Virus record (IMG/VR): IMGVR_UViG_3300042564_003366
Coordinates: 1 to 64,000 of that record
DNA from: a virus
Length of the DNA: 64,000 nucleotides
Direction: 5' to 3' (one strand)
Shown here piece after piece: positions 10,725-20,074 of the stretch. The position numbers and the translations under genes were made by a program. Each line of letters starts with the position of its first letter. The stretch's first letter is position 1. Under the pieces are notes generated by a model. The model saw only the letters and a list, made by a program, of their open reading frames with translations. It was not told the DNA's origin and searched no databases.

Positions 10725-11729
10725 ATGGCAGGAATAAAGAAAAAAGCATCTGCAACTAGTATTGATGCTATTAAGGATAAGTTTTCTACAAAGACAAAGT
10801 ATAAACCAGAAGATTATTATTCGTGTGGTGAGCCTTTTTATAACGCTTGTGGCGTGCCTGGTCCTGTTATGGGGGGTATAAGTATGTTCTTGGGACATTC
10901 CAATACTAGTAAAACAACTGCTATGATATTGGCTGCTGCTGACGCACAAAAGAAAGGACATTTACCAGTTTTTATTATTACAGAGAAAAAATGGAATTGG
11001 GCACATGCTGTTGAGTTGGGGTTAAACGCGCAACTGAATGAAGATGGTGAATGGGATGGTGATTTTATTTTTAATGATTCATTTGATTATATCGAACAAA
11101 TGACTGAATTTATAAATGAAATTTTAGATGCACAAGAAAAAGGTGATTTACCATACTCTATTCTCTTTCTAATTGATAGTATTGGTTCGATACCTTGTAA
11201 GATGACATACGAGGGGAAAGGTGGTAAGATGCACAATGCAGCGGTTTTAGCCGATAAGGTAGGTATGGGGATACATTCAAGGATTTCAAAATCAAAGAAA
11301 GAAGATTATCCTTACCATAATACATTAATTGCAATCAATCAACCTTGGGTTGAATTACCAGATTCTCCATTTGGCCAGCCTACAATTAAAGCAAAAGGTG
11401 GCGAAGCACTTTGGTTGGCATCTTCTTTAATATTCTTATTTGGGAATCAAAAGAATGCTGGTATTAACCATATAACTGCAACGAAAAACGGTAGAACAGT
11501 TTCGTATGCTATTAGAACAAAGGTTTCAATATTGAAAAACCACGTTACAGGTATTGCGTATAAAGATGGTAAGATACTAGCCGTACCACAAGGGTACTTG
11601 CCAGATACAAAAGAGGCAATTGAAAAGTATAAAAAAGAATATTCACAATATTGGAATGGTATTTTGTCTGGAGATGGGGATATTACCTTTTCAGAAAAAG
11701 ACGATGAAGACGCTATAATCTTTGAATAA
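10725..11729 (+). CDS. recA: RecA/UvsX-family recombinase
   Basis: Walker A-like GHSNTSKTT, Walker B ILFLIDSIGS, IAINQ and KGGEAL motifs. ATG 10725 is preferred over GTG 10689, which lies inside the hairpin. Confidence 0.85.
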   Translation: MAGIKKKASATSIDAIKDKFSTKTKYKPEDYYSCGEPFYNACGVPGPVMGGISMFLGHSNTSKTTAMILAAADAQKKGHLPVFIITEKKWNWAHAVELGLNAQLNEDGEWDGDFIFNDSFDYIEQMTEFINEILDAQEKGDLPYSILFLIDSIGSIPCKMTYEGKGGKMHNAAVLADKVGMGIHSRISKSKKEDYPYHNTLIAINQPWVELPDSPFGQPTIKAKGGEALWLASSLIFLFGNQKNAGINHITATKNGRTVSYAIRTKVSILKNHVTGIAYKDGKILAVPQGYLPDTKEAIEKYKKEYSQYWNGILSGDGDITFSEKDDEDAIIFE

Positions 11730-11730
11730 C

Positions 11731-12720
11731 ATGAAGAAAACCCTGCTAATTGATGGTAACAACTTATTTACAATAGGTTTCCACGGAGTAAGAGAATTCT
11801 ATGCTGATGGTAAGCACATTGGCGGGGTTTTCCATTTTTTAAATACAATTAGATTATTTCTTGAAAAACATAATCACGATAAGGTTGTTGTGTTTTGGGA
11901 TGGCAATGAAAACTCATTAATAAGAAAACAGATATACCCCAAGTACAAGGAGAATCGTAAAATTTCTATGGATGACCACAAGTATGAATCTTATTTATAC
12001 CAGAGAGAAAGAGTTAAAAGTTATCTTGAAGAAGTTTTTGTTAGACAATGCCAAGTGGATCAGAACGAGGCTGATGATTTGATTGCTTATTATACACAGA
12101 TAGCCAAAGGTGAGAATATGATTATATTTTCAGCGGACAAAGATTTAACCCAATTAATTGGAGAAAATGTAACAGTATATTCACCAAGTTCAAAGACGTA
12201 TAGTAAGAATGGGGATTTGATTCATTTTAAGGATATTGACATACCACATAATAATGTCTATATTTATAAAGTAATTGTGGGGGATACTTCTGATAATATT
12301 GATGGTATATCAAATTTTGGTGAGAAGAAGTTAAAAGCATTTTTCCCAAACTTTGAGAAGAAAGATTACCAGTTGGATGAAATATTAAATGAAGCGAAAG
12401 TTTTACTTGAAGAAAAAAAGAATAAATCTCTGGATAATTTGGTATCAGGTATTAGTAAATCTGGTTTTGTTGGGGGGGAATTTTTTGATAAAATCGGTAG
12501 AATAATTGATTTAAAAAATCCGTTAATAACGGATAACGGTAAAGAAATGGTTAATGAAATCTGCAATGATAAGTTAGACCCAACTGATAGGAGTTATAAG
12601 AATTTATTAAAACTAATGAATGAAGATGGGTTCTTTAAATTCCTTCCAAAGAAGGATGATGCTTGGGTTGATTTTATTAGACCATTTATGAAATTGAGTA
12701 GAAAAGAGAAAAAAAATTAA
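11731..12720 (+). CDS. 5'-3' exonuclease / T4 RNase H-like flap nuclease
   Basis: LLIDGNNL, YKENR, EADDLIA, SADKDLTQL and GDTSDNIDGI...GEK (H3TH) motifs. Confidence 0.9.
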   Translation: MKKTLLIDGNNLFTIGFHGVREFYADGKHIGGVFHFLNTIRLFLEKHNHDKVVVFWDGNENSLIRKQIYPKYKENRKISMDDHKYESYLYQRERVKSYLEEVFVRQCQVDQNEADDLIAYYTQIAKGENMIIFSADKDLTQLIGENVTVYSPSSKTYSKNGDLIHFKDIDIPHNNVYIYKVIVGDTSDNIDGISNFGEKKLKAFFPNFEKKDYQLDEILNEAKVLLEEKKNKSLDNLVSGISKSGFVGGEFFDKIGRIIDLKNPLITDNGKEMVNEICNDKLDPTDRSYKNLLKLMNEDGFFKFLPKKDDAWVDFIRPFMKLSRKEKKN

Positions 12721-12739
12721 TAATTAAAACAAAAAAACG

Positions 12740-13195
12740 ATGAAACAAACTGATGTAACAAAAGTTGAATTCTTACTTACGCTTAATGAGAACATTATTG
12801 TTCAAAGATTTTTGAATGTGAAAAACATTAATCCTAATGTTAAGAAATCCTATGAGTTATATGAATCTGTAAAGTATTTTGCAGAAGAATTATCTTGGTT
12901 TTTGAAGAACAAAGCAATTCAGTACTTGACAGAAAATCAATCAACTATTATGATGGATCCAGATGTTATGAATACATCTTCAACAGATGGTGTTGAACAT
13001 TTTAATATTTATATTAAAATAGCAGACCAACTAGTTTCTCATAGGATTATTGATGGTAAGCAATATCCACCTAAAGTTAGATATACTGTTGATGTTAGAC
13101 CTTTTATTAAAGATTACTTAAAAGAGTTAACATCGGTGTTAGTTAGTCCTAATCTAACCCACGAGTATTTAGAGAAAAATTTATTATCTAACTAA
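12740..13195 (+). CDS. Hypothetical protein in replication cluster
   Basis: 151-aa ORF packed tightly between the nuclease and helicase; no recognised motif. Confidence 0.7.
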   Translation: MKQTDVTKVEFLLTLNENIIVQRFLNVKNINPNVKKSYELYESVKYFAEELSWFLKNKAIQYLTENQSTIMMDPDVMNTSSTDGVEHFNIYIKIADQLVSHRIIDGKQYPPKVRYTVDVRPFIKDYLKELTSVLVSPNLTHEYLEKNLLSN

Positions 13196-13208
13196 TAAAT
13201 CATTTTAA

Positions 13209-14576
13209 ATGTCCAAAAATTTTGATTACTTGGGACAAACGTTCCAGTTGCAATTAATTAACCAAATTATTTTGGATAAAGAATTTGCCAGAGCAATAAT
13301 TGATTTTATAAAAGTTACCTATTTTGATAATAAATATTTCAAGTTAATCATACAAATGATTAAAGAATACTATTCAAAATACGAAACATCCCCCAACTTC
13401 GATACTTTGGAAGTTGTTGCGAAATCTGAAATTAGCCAAGAGTTAGCGTTAAAGATTGTGATTGATACTATTACAAAAGTAAGAAACGCACCTCTTGATG
13501 GGGTAGATTTAGTTCAAGATAAAGCACTGAAATTCTGCAAACAAGAAGAGGTTAAGATTGTGTTAGAGAAAGCACAAAAGGTTATTAATGAGGGTGATTT
13601 TGAATCTTATGACCAATTAGAGGAATTATTAAGATACGCCCTCCAAGTAGGGGTTAAAGAATCTAACGGGTTTGAGGTGTTCAATGATTTGGTTGACGTT
13701 CTTGACGAGGATTATAGACACCCCATACCAATGGGTATTAAGGGTATAGACGTTCTCTTAAAAGGAGGTTTAGCCAAAGGTGAGGTAGGAATAGTATTTG
13801 CAGGTCCAGGTATCGGCAAATCGACTCTATTGACCTTGGTTGCAAATACGGCTTTCAATAATAACTATAATGTTTTGCATATATTCTTTGAGGATAACCC
13901 CAAGATTATACAAAGAAAGCATTTAACTCTTTGGACTAAGATATCCCCAGATGAGTTACCGAACAATAAAGAGATAGTATTTGAGACCGTTAATAGAATA
14001 AAAGAAACTCATACTAATAAGTTAATTCTAAAGAAATTACCATCTGATACTTTAACTATGAATCAGATTAAGAATCAGATTAGGAAGGTAATTGCTGATG
14101 GTGTGAAACTTGACTTGGTTGTATTGGATTATATTGATTGCGTTGTACCTGATAGGCAAGGTAATGATGACTGGAAAAATGAAGGTTCGGTTATACGTCA
14201 TTTTGAGGCTATGTGCCACGAGTTAAATATTGCTGGTTGGCTTGGTACTCAGGGAAATAGGGCTTCAATTTCTTCAAATGTTGTAACGAATGACCAGATG
14301 GGGGGTTCAATAAAGAAAGCACAAGTAGGTCATGTTATCATTAGTATAGCAAAGAGTTTACAACAAAAAGAGATGAACTTAGCAACTGTTGCAATAACTA
14401 AATCAAGAATAGGAAAAGATGGTATTGTATTCGAGAATTGCAAATTCGACAATGAGATGCTTGAAGTTGATACGGATACTACGGCAACATTCTTAGGGTT
14501 TGAAGAACAGCAAGTTGAAAAAAAGAAAGAAAGAATCAAAGAATTGCTGGCTAAGAAGAGTGATAATTTTTTATGA
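13209..14576 (+). CDS. dnaB: Replicative DnaB/gp41-like SF4 helicase
   Basis: GGLAKGEVGIVFAGPGIGKST (Walker A), VVLDYID (Walker B), TQGNR and ITKSRIG motifs. Confidence 0.9.
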   Translation: MSKNFDYLGQTFQLQLINQIILDKEFARAIIDFIKVTYFDNKYFKLIIQMIKEYYSKYETSPNFDTLEVVAKSEISQELALKIVIDTITKVRNAPLDGVDLVQDKALKFCKQEEVKIVLEKAQKVINEGDFESYDQLEELLRYALQVGVKESNGFEVFNDLVDVLDEDYRHPIPMGIKGIDVLLKGGLAKGEVGIVFAGPGIGKSTLLTLVANTAFNNNYNVLHIFFEDNPKIIQRKHLTLWTKISPDELPNNKEIVFETVNRIKETHTNKLILKKLPSDTLTMNQIKNQIRKVIADGVKLDLVVLDYIDCVVPDRQGNDDWKNEGSVIRHFEAMCHELNIAGWLGTQGNRASISSNVVTNDQMGGSIKKAQVGHVIISIAKSLQQKEMNLATVAITKSRIGKDGIVFENCKFDNEMLEVDTDTTATFLGFEEQQVEKKKERIKELLAKKSDNFL

Positions 14577-14651
14577 TAAAAATATTTTATACTCAAAAAG
14601 TGATACTTTTATTTTTTGTTTTTATATTTATCTTAACCTAATAATAGAAAA

Positions 14652-15632
14652 ATGAAAAAGAATATTTTTGAAAAAAGAGTGAATATTTTGCCTTATGAAT
14701 ATCCATCCTTATTAGCTTATAAGGATGCAATAAGACACTCGTACTGGATACATTCGGAGTTCAACTTTACAACTGATATTGATGATTATAAGACAAAAAT
14801 ATCAAATGAGGAGAGGGAAGTTATTAAGAGGTCAATGTTGGCTATTGCTCAAATTGAGGTTAATGTAAAGACATTTTGGGCTGACTTATATAAGAGAATG
14901 CCTATAACTGAAATTGGTGATGTTGGTATGACATTTGCCGAGAGCGAAGTAAGACATAAGGATGCTTATGCTCAATTATTAAGGATTCTTGGGTTAGAAG
15001 ATGAGTTCCAGACAGTTATTGAAATTCCTGCCATAAAGAATAGAATTAGTTATTTAGCAAAATATCTGGATGGGACAAGGAGTAAAGAGAATAAGATGTA
15101 CACAAAGTCTGTATTATTATTTTCATTGTTTATTGAACATGTAAGTTTATTTAGCCAGTTCTTGATTATGATGTCCTTTAACAAGGAGAAGAATCTATTC
15201 AAGGGTATTTCAAATGTGGTTGAAGCCACCTCGAAGGAGGAAGAAATACACGGCAATTTTGGGTCAGAACTTATCAATATTATCAAGGAAGAAAATCCAG
15301 AATGGTTTGACGCTGAATTTGAGGCATTGATTGATTCAGCTTGTCATAAAGCGTATGCTGCGGAATGTGGAATACTAGATTGGATATTTGAAAACGGTGA
15401 ATTAAGTTTCTTATCAAAAGATACAATTAAACATTTCATTCAGAATAGATTTAACAACTCATTAAGTAGAATTGGAATGAAGCCAGTATTTGAGGTTGAT
15501 TTTGCTGAGATTGAGAAAACGTTATGGTTTGATGTTGAAATTCTATCAACGAAAGAGGGGGATTTCTTTTATAAGAAGCAAATTGATTATAATAAGAAAA
15601 GCAAGAGCATAACAGAAGATGATTTATTTTAA
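14652..15632 (+). CDS. nrdB: Class I ribonucleotide reductase beta subunit (class Id-like)
   Basis: Dimetal ligand motifs AQIEVNVK, ESEVRH..AY, IEHVSLF and EEEIH; C-terminus DFF.K..DY.K..KSITEDDLF. Confidence 0.92.
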   Translation: MKKNIFEKRVNILPYEYPSLLAYKDAIRHSYWIHSEFNFTTDIDDYKTKISNEEREVIKRSMLAIAQIEVNVKTFWADLYKRMPITEIGDVGMTFAESEVRHKDAYAQLLRILGLEDEFQTVIEIPAIKNRISYLAKYLDGTRSKENKMYTKSVLLFSLFIEHVSLFSQFLIMMSFNKEKNLFKGISNVVEATSKEEEIHGNFGSELINIIKEENPEWFDAEFEALIDSACHKAYAAECGILDWIFENGELSFLSKDTIKHFIQNRFNNSLSRIGMKPVFEVDFAEIEKTLWFDVEILSTKEGDFFYKKQIDYNKKSKSITEDDLF

Positions 15633-15644
15633 AAAACAAATATA

Positions 15645-17270
15645 ATGAATAAAGAAAAATATTATTGGTTAAATGATGAGAGTAGGCTTTTCTTATCAAG
15701 GGGGTATATTAGTGAGACCCCCGAGCAAAGGATTAAAGATATTGCAAATAAAGCGGAAGAATATTTAAAAATTGATGGTTTTGCTGTTAAGTTTGAGGAT
15801 TATATGGCAAGGGGTTTTTATAGTCTTTCTACCCCTGTATGGATTAATTTTGGCAAAGAGAAGGGTTTACCTATATCTTGTTATGGATCCAATATTGATG
15901 ACACATTAGATAGCATTTTAAATGCTGGAAGAGAAATTGGTATGATGTCAAAATATGGTGGTGGTACTAGTGCTTATTTAGGTAACATTAGAGAAAGGGG
16001 TAGTAAGATATCAACAGGTGGGACTGCTGATGGTCCAGTACATTATGCAAGGGTGTATGACACAGTAGTTGATGTTTGCAAACAATCAGAGGCAAGAAGG
16101 GGTGCATGTGCAGTTTGGTTGCCAGTTGAACATGAGGATATTATGGAGTTTCTTGATATTGGAACAGAAGGTAATCCAATCCAGAATTTACAATATGGTG
16201 TTACTGTTACAGATAATTGGATTAATGATATGAAGGGGGGAGACCCAAGTAAGAGAAAGGTATGGGCAAAGATTATTCAAAGGCGTAATGAATTTGGTTT
16301 TCCATATATTATGTTTAAGGATAACTCAAATAACAATTCCCCCTACAAAGAGTTGGGTATGGAGATAACTGCTTCAAATTTGTGTAGCGAAATTCAATTA
16401 TTTACAGATTCAAACAACTCTTTTGTTTGTTGCTTGGGTTCATTGAATTTACTTCATTGGGATGAAATAATTGAGACTGACGCAATTGAGGTTTATACTA
16501 TGTTCTTAAATGCAGTTATGGATGAATTTATATTGAAGTCAGGTAAAATGGCTGGTATGAAAAGAGCTAATAGATTTGCATCACAGCATAGAGCCATTGG
16601 TTTGGGGGTTTTAGGGTATCATTCATTATTCCAATCCAAGTTAATACCATTTGAATCTTTGATGGCAAAGCAATTAAATCATCAAATATTTAAAACAATC
16701 AAGGAAAAATCAGATGCAACATCAAGATATTTGTTTGAGGAAAAAGGTTATAAATCATTGAGAGATGGATTTGCAAATGTAACATTAATGGCTATTGCCC
16801 CAACCAAGTCAAGTTCTTTTATTCTAGGGCAAGTAAGTATGGGTATTGAGCCAATCAAATCAAATTATTTTATTAAAGATTTGGCTAAATCAAAAACAAT
16901 TTATAAGAATCCATTTTTGGAGATTGAATTGGATAAGTATGGTTTAAATACACCAGATACCTGGGAAAGTATTTTAAAGAAAGATGGATCGGTTCAGCAT
17001 TTGGATTTCCCCACAAAAGAGGTGTTTAAATCATTTATTGAAATATCACCAAAAGAATTGATATTACAAGCAGCACAGAGGCAAAAATTCATTGACCAAT
17101 CACAATCATTAAATTTGATGATACACCCATCAGTTCCAGCAAAGGATATAAATCAATTATATCTATATGCACATGAAGAGGGGGTTAAGACGCTTTACTA
17201 TCAGTTTAGCCAGAGTTCAGCACAATCATTCGCAAGAAATATTAATGAGTGTGTGAGTTGTGAATCGTAG
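15645..17270 (+). CDS. nrdA: Class I ribonucleotide reductase alpha subunit, short, no ATP-cone
   Basis: PISC, RRGA, SNLCSEI (thiyl Cys), IAPT.SSS, KTLYY and C-terminal CVSC motifs. Confidence 0.93.
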   Translation: MNKEKYYWLNDESRLFLSRGYISETPEQRIKDIANKAEEYLKIDGFAVKFEDYMARGFYSLSTPVWINFGKEKGLPISCYGSNIDDTLDSILNAGREIGMMSKYGGGTSAYLGNIRERGSKISTGGTADGPVHYARVYDTVVDVCKQSEARRGACAVWLPVEHEDIMEFLDIGTEGNPIQNLQYGVTVTDNWINDMKGGDPSKRKVWAKIIQRRNEFGFPYIMFKDNSNNNSPYKELGMEITASNLCSEIQLFTDSNNSFVCCLGSLNLLHWDEIIETDAIEVYTMFLNAVMDEFILKSGKMAGMKRANRFASQHRAIGLGVLGYHSLFQSKLIPFESLMAKQLNHQIFKTIKEKSDATSRYLFEEKGYKSLRDGFANVTLMAIAPTKSSSFILGQVSMGIEPIKSNYFIKDLAKSKTIYKNPFLEIELDKYGLNTPDTWESILKKDGSVQHLDFPTKEVFKSFIEISPKELILQAAQRQKFIDQSQSLNLMIHPSVPAKDINQLYLYAHEEGVKTLYYQFSQSSAQSFARNINECVSCES

Positions 17271-17291
17271 ATTTGATACAATTTGTTAAAT

Positions 17292-17331
17292 AAAAAACCC
17301 CCAACCTATTAATTTAGAATTGGGGGTTTTT
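17292..17331. terminator. Bidirectional intrinsic terminator between convergent genes
   Basis: AAAAAACCCCCAA...TTGGGGGTTTTT between nrdA (+) and 17339..17599 (-). Confidence 0.8.
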
Positions 17332-17338
17332 ATCTTTT

Positions 17339-17599
17339 TTATTTTCCACTCAATGTGTCATAAATACTTTCAAGTTTTTTTACATCAGCTTCACTAAATG
17401 CAAAATTAGTATTCTCAAATTTATCTTTCATTTTTGAAAGTTTATCCATAATTTTGTTAACCATAGATATTGCTTTTTTGCCAGTTTTTGCTTTACCTTC
17501 TTTATGGTAATCCATAAAAAGACCTTCACTTCCTTTGTCTTCAACAATTCTTTTAACTAGGTTATTTAAACCAGTTTCTGTTAATCTTACTGTTTTCAT
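17339..17599 (-). CDS. Hypothetical small protein
   Basis: 86 aa starting MKTVRLTETGLNNLVKRIVED. It has its own upstream TATTTATA on the minus strand and a downstream terminator. Confidence 0.75.
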   Translation of the reverse strand: MKTVRLTETGLNNLVKRIVEDKGSEGLFMDYHKEGKAKTGKKAISMVNKIMDKLSKMKDKFENTNFAFSEADVKKLESIYDTLSGK

Positions 17600-17611
17600 A
17601 TTTTTTTTTTA

Positions 17612-17619
17612 TATAAATA
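17612..17619 (-). promoter_or_regulatory. Putative late promoter TATTTATA (minus strand)
   Basis: Reads TATAAATA on +; 12 nt upstream of the minus-strand ATG at 17599. Confidence 0.5.
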
Positions 17620-17660
17620 TACAATAAATTAAATTCATTTACAAATTTATAAAAAAGACA

Positions 17661-17668
17661 TATTTATA
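17661..17668 (+). promoter_or_regulatory. Putative late promoter TATTTATA
   Basis: 15 nt upstream of ATG 17684. Confidence 0.55.
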
Positions 17669-17683
17669 TACAAACAAAGTATA

Positions 17684-18160
17684 ATGGCTGAAGGTTTTAC
17701 ATATGGGGTTGATTTTCCTTTTGACACTTCTCCAAAAGGGGATTCGTTAAAGATGACTGAATATGTTTCAGAGGAGATAAGAGCGTCTTTGTTGCATTTA
17801 CTTTTAACAAGAAAAGGTAGTAGGTATTATCTACCTGATTTCGGCACTAGACTTTATGAATTTTTATTTGATCCTTTGGATGTTGTATCTTTTGATATCA
17901 TTGAAGATGACATTAGAACTGCTGTTAATAAATATATACCTAATTTAGTTTTGAATAAAATAACAATTGAGCCTATTTTAGAAAGTGAAGAGGCTAAAAC
18001 TACCAAATTAAATTTAGATGAAATGGGGTCAAGTTCCGTTGATAAGATTTATAGGTCACCAGGTAAGGGAACTTATGAGAATACAGCGAAAATAAAAATA
18101 GAATATACAACAACAAATAACACTTTTAGTGGTAGCGATTTTGTAATTATAAACATATAA
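17684..18160 (+). CDS. Baseplate wedge protein gp25-like
   Basis: IRASLLHLLLTRKGSRYYLPDFGTRLYEFLFDP is the GPW/gp25 signature. Confidence 0.9.
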   Translation: MAEGFTYGVDFPFDTSPKGDSLKMTEYVSEEIRASLLHLLLTRKGSRYYLPDFGTRLYEFLFDPLDVVSFDIIEDDIRTAVNKYIPNLVLNKITIEPILESEEAKTTKLNLDEMGSSSVDKIYRSPGKGTYENTAKIKIEYTTTNNTFSGSDFVIINI

Positions 18161-18161
18161 T

Positions 18162-19994
18162 ATGACAGACAAGAAAATATCTTATGGTGTAAGGGATTTC
18201 CAAGGAATAAGGAGTGAATTAATAAATTATGTTAAAACATATTACCCTGATTTAATAAATGATTTTAATGATGCTTCAATATTCTCAGTATTTTTAGACT
18301 TAAATGCTGCGGTTGCCGATAATTTACACTATCATATTGATAGAAGTTTACAAGAAACAGTTTTACAATATGCACAGCAAAAATCATCAATATATAATAT
18401 TGCAAAAACATATGGTTTAAAAATACCAGGACAAAGACCATCTGTAACATTATGTGATTTTTCAATAACAGTTCCTGTATTTGGTGACAAACCAGACGTT
18501 AGATACGCTGGCTTATTACAAAGAGGTGCACAAGTTACGGGTAATGGAGTAATATTTGAAACATTAAATGATATTGATTTTGCATCTGATTATGATACTC
18601 AAGGGAATAAAAATAGAACTGTTGTACCAAATAGGTTAAACAATATAATCATTAACTATACATTAACAAAAAGAGAACCAGTAATTAATGGTACAACAAA
18701 GGTTTTCAAGAGAGTAATTACCCCTTCTGACATTAGACCCTTTTTTGAATTATTCTTACCTGAAAAGAATGTTTTGGGCATAACAAGTGTGTTATTAAAG
18801 AATGGACAAATTGGGACTATACCTCCAAATGCTGATTTTTTAAGTGAGAATGATAGATGGTATGAGGTTGATTCTTTGGCTGAAGATCGTGTTTTTATTA
18901 TTGATACAACAAAAGATACAAGTAATGCTGGCATAAAAGTTGGTAAATACATTCAAACAGAAAATAGATTTATTAGTGAATATACGCCAGAAGGATTTAA
19001 GAAAATTACTTTCGGTAGTGGTGTTAATACTGCTATGGAGCAATTAAATAATTTCACATTAAATGGTCAATCCCCAACCTTAGAAAACATATTAAATAAC
19101 TTTTCATTAGGTAGGACATTACGCCCCAATACAACATTATTTATACAATATAGAGTTGGTGGTGGGGTTAATACAAATTTAGGACCAAATACATTAACGC
19201 AATTAGGCGTTAATAATTTTATTATTAATGCTGGAAATTCAGCACAAGAGTCTGCGGTTATTAATTCACTTAGGGTTAATAACTTATTCCCAGCGATAGG
19301 GGGTGCTGGATTGCCTAGTGTTGAGGAGGTTAGAAATTTTGTTTCATATAATTTTGCAGCACAAAAGAGGGCTGTTACAATTAGGGATTACGAGTCAATC
19401 ATTAGGAATATGCCCCCGGAGTTTGGAGCACCTGCCAAGGTATCCATTCAAGAGAAAGACAACAAAGTAGAAGTTTTGCTACTTTCTTATGATATTAACG
19501 GTAAATTAGTGAGTGATAATTCTAAGTATTTGGCAGATAATATTGCCAATTATTTATCTAATTATAGGATGTTAAATGATTATGTTGTGGTAACATCAGC
19601 AAAAGTTATTGATATAAGTATTGATATTAGCGTGGTGTTATCAGCTGGATTTGCATCAAAAGATGTTATTAACAATATCATAACTGCTATTAATACTTAT
19701 TTTTCTCCACAATCTATGCAATTGGGTACAAATGTTAATTTATCCGAATTGAAGAGTAGCATACAAACATTAATTGGTGTTGTTACAATAAGTGAAATGA
19801 CAATTAAAAATGAAGTTGGGGGTGATTATTCTGGTGGGGAAACATCAATGGAATACTCGGATAAAGAGAATAAAATAATTCAACCAGTAGATGATACCAT
19901 TTATTCTCAACCATCAGAAATTTATCATATTCGTTATCCCGAAAAAGATATTAGAGTAAAAGCAAAACTAGCTACTGGAATGACTATTGGGTAA
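18162..19994 (+). CDS. Baseplate wedge protein gp6 / baseplate J-like
   Basis: N-terminal RDFQGIRSELINY, AQQKSSIYNIAKTYG, YRVGGG and AQKRAVTIRDYE motifs; follows the gp25-like gene. Confidence 0.88.
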   Translation: MTDKKISYGVRDFQGIRSELINYVKTYYPDLINDFNDASIFSVFLDLNAAVADNLHYHIDRSLQETVLQYAQQKSSIYNIAKTYGLKIPGQRPSVTLCDFSITVPVFGDKPDVRYAGLLQRGAQVTGNGVIFETLNDIDFASDYDTQGNKNRTVVPNRLNNIIINYTLTKREPVINGTTKVFKRVITPSDIRPFFELFLPEKNVLGITSVLLKNGQIGTIPPNADFLSENDRWYEVDSLAEDRVFIIDTTKDTSNAGIKVGKYIQTENRFISEYTPEGFKKITFGSGVNTAMEQLNNFTLNGQSPTLENILNNFSLGRTLRPNTTLFIQYRVGGGVNTNLGPNTLTQLGVNNFIINAGNSAQESAVINSLRVNNLFPAIGGAGLPSVEEVRNFVSYNFAAQKRAVTIRDYESIIRNMPPEFGAPAKVSIQEKDNKVEVLLLSYDINGKLVSDNSKYLADNIANYLSNYRMLNDYVVVTSAKVIDISIDISVVLSAGFASKDVINNIITAINTYFSPQSMQLGTNVNLSELKSSIQTLIGVVTISEMTIKNEVGGDYSGGETSMEYSDKENKIIQPVDDTIYSQPSEIYHIRYPEKDIRVKAKLATGMTIG

Positions 19995-20050
19995 TTTGTT
20001 TATTTTAAGCCAAACAAAGTTATTATATAATAAATAATCAATAACTAAAA

Positions 20051-20058
20051 TATTTATA
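20051..20058 (+). promoter_or_regulatory. Putative late promoter TATTTATA
   Basis: 16 nt upstream of ATG 20075. Confidence 0.55.
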
Positions 20059-20074
20059 TAATCAAACGGTTTAA

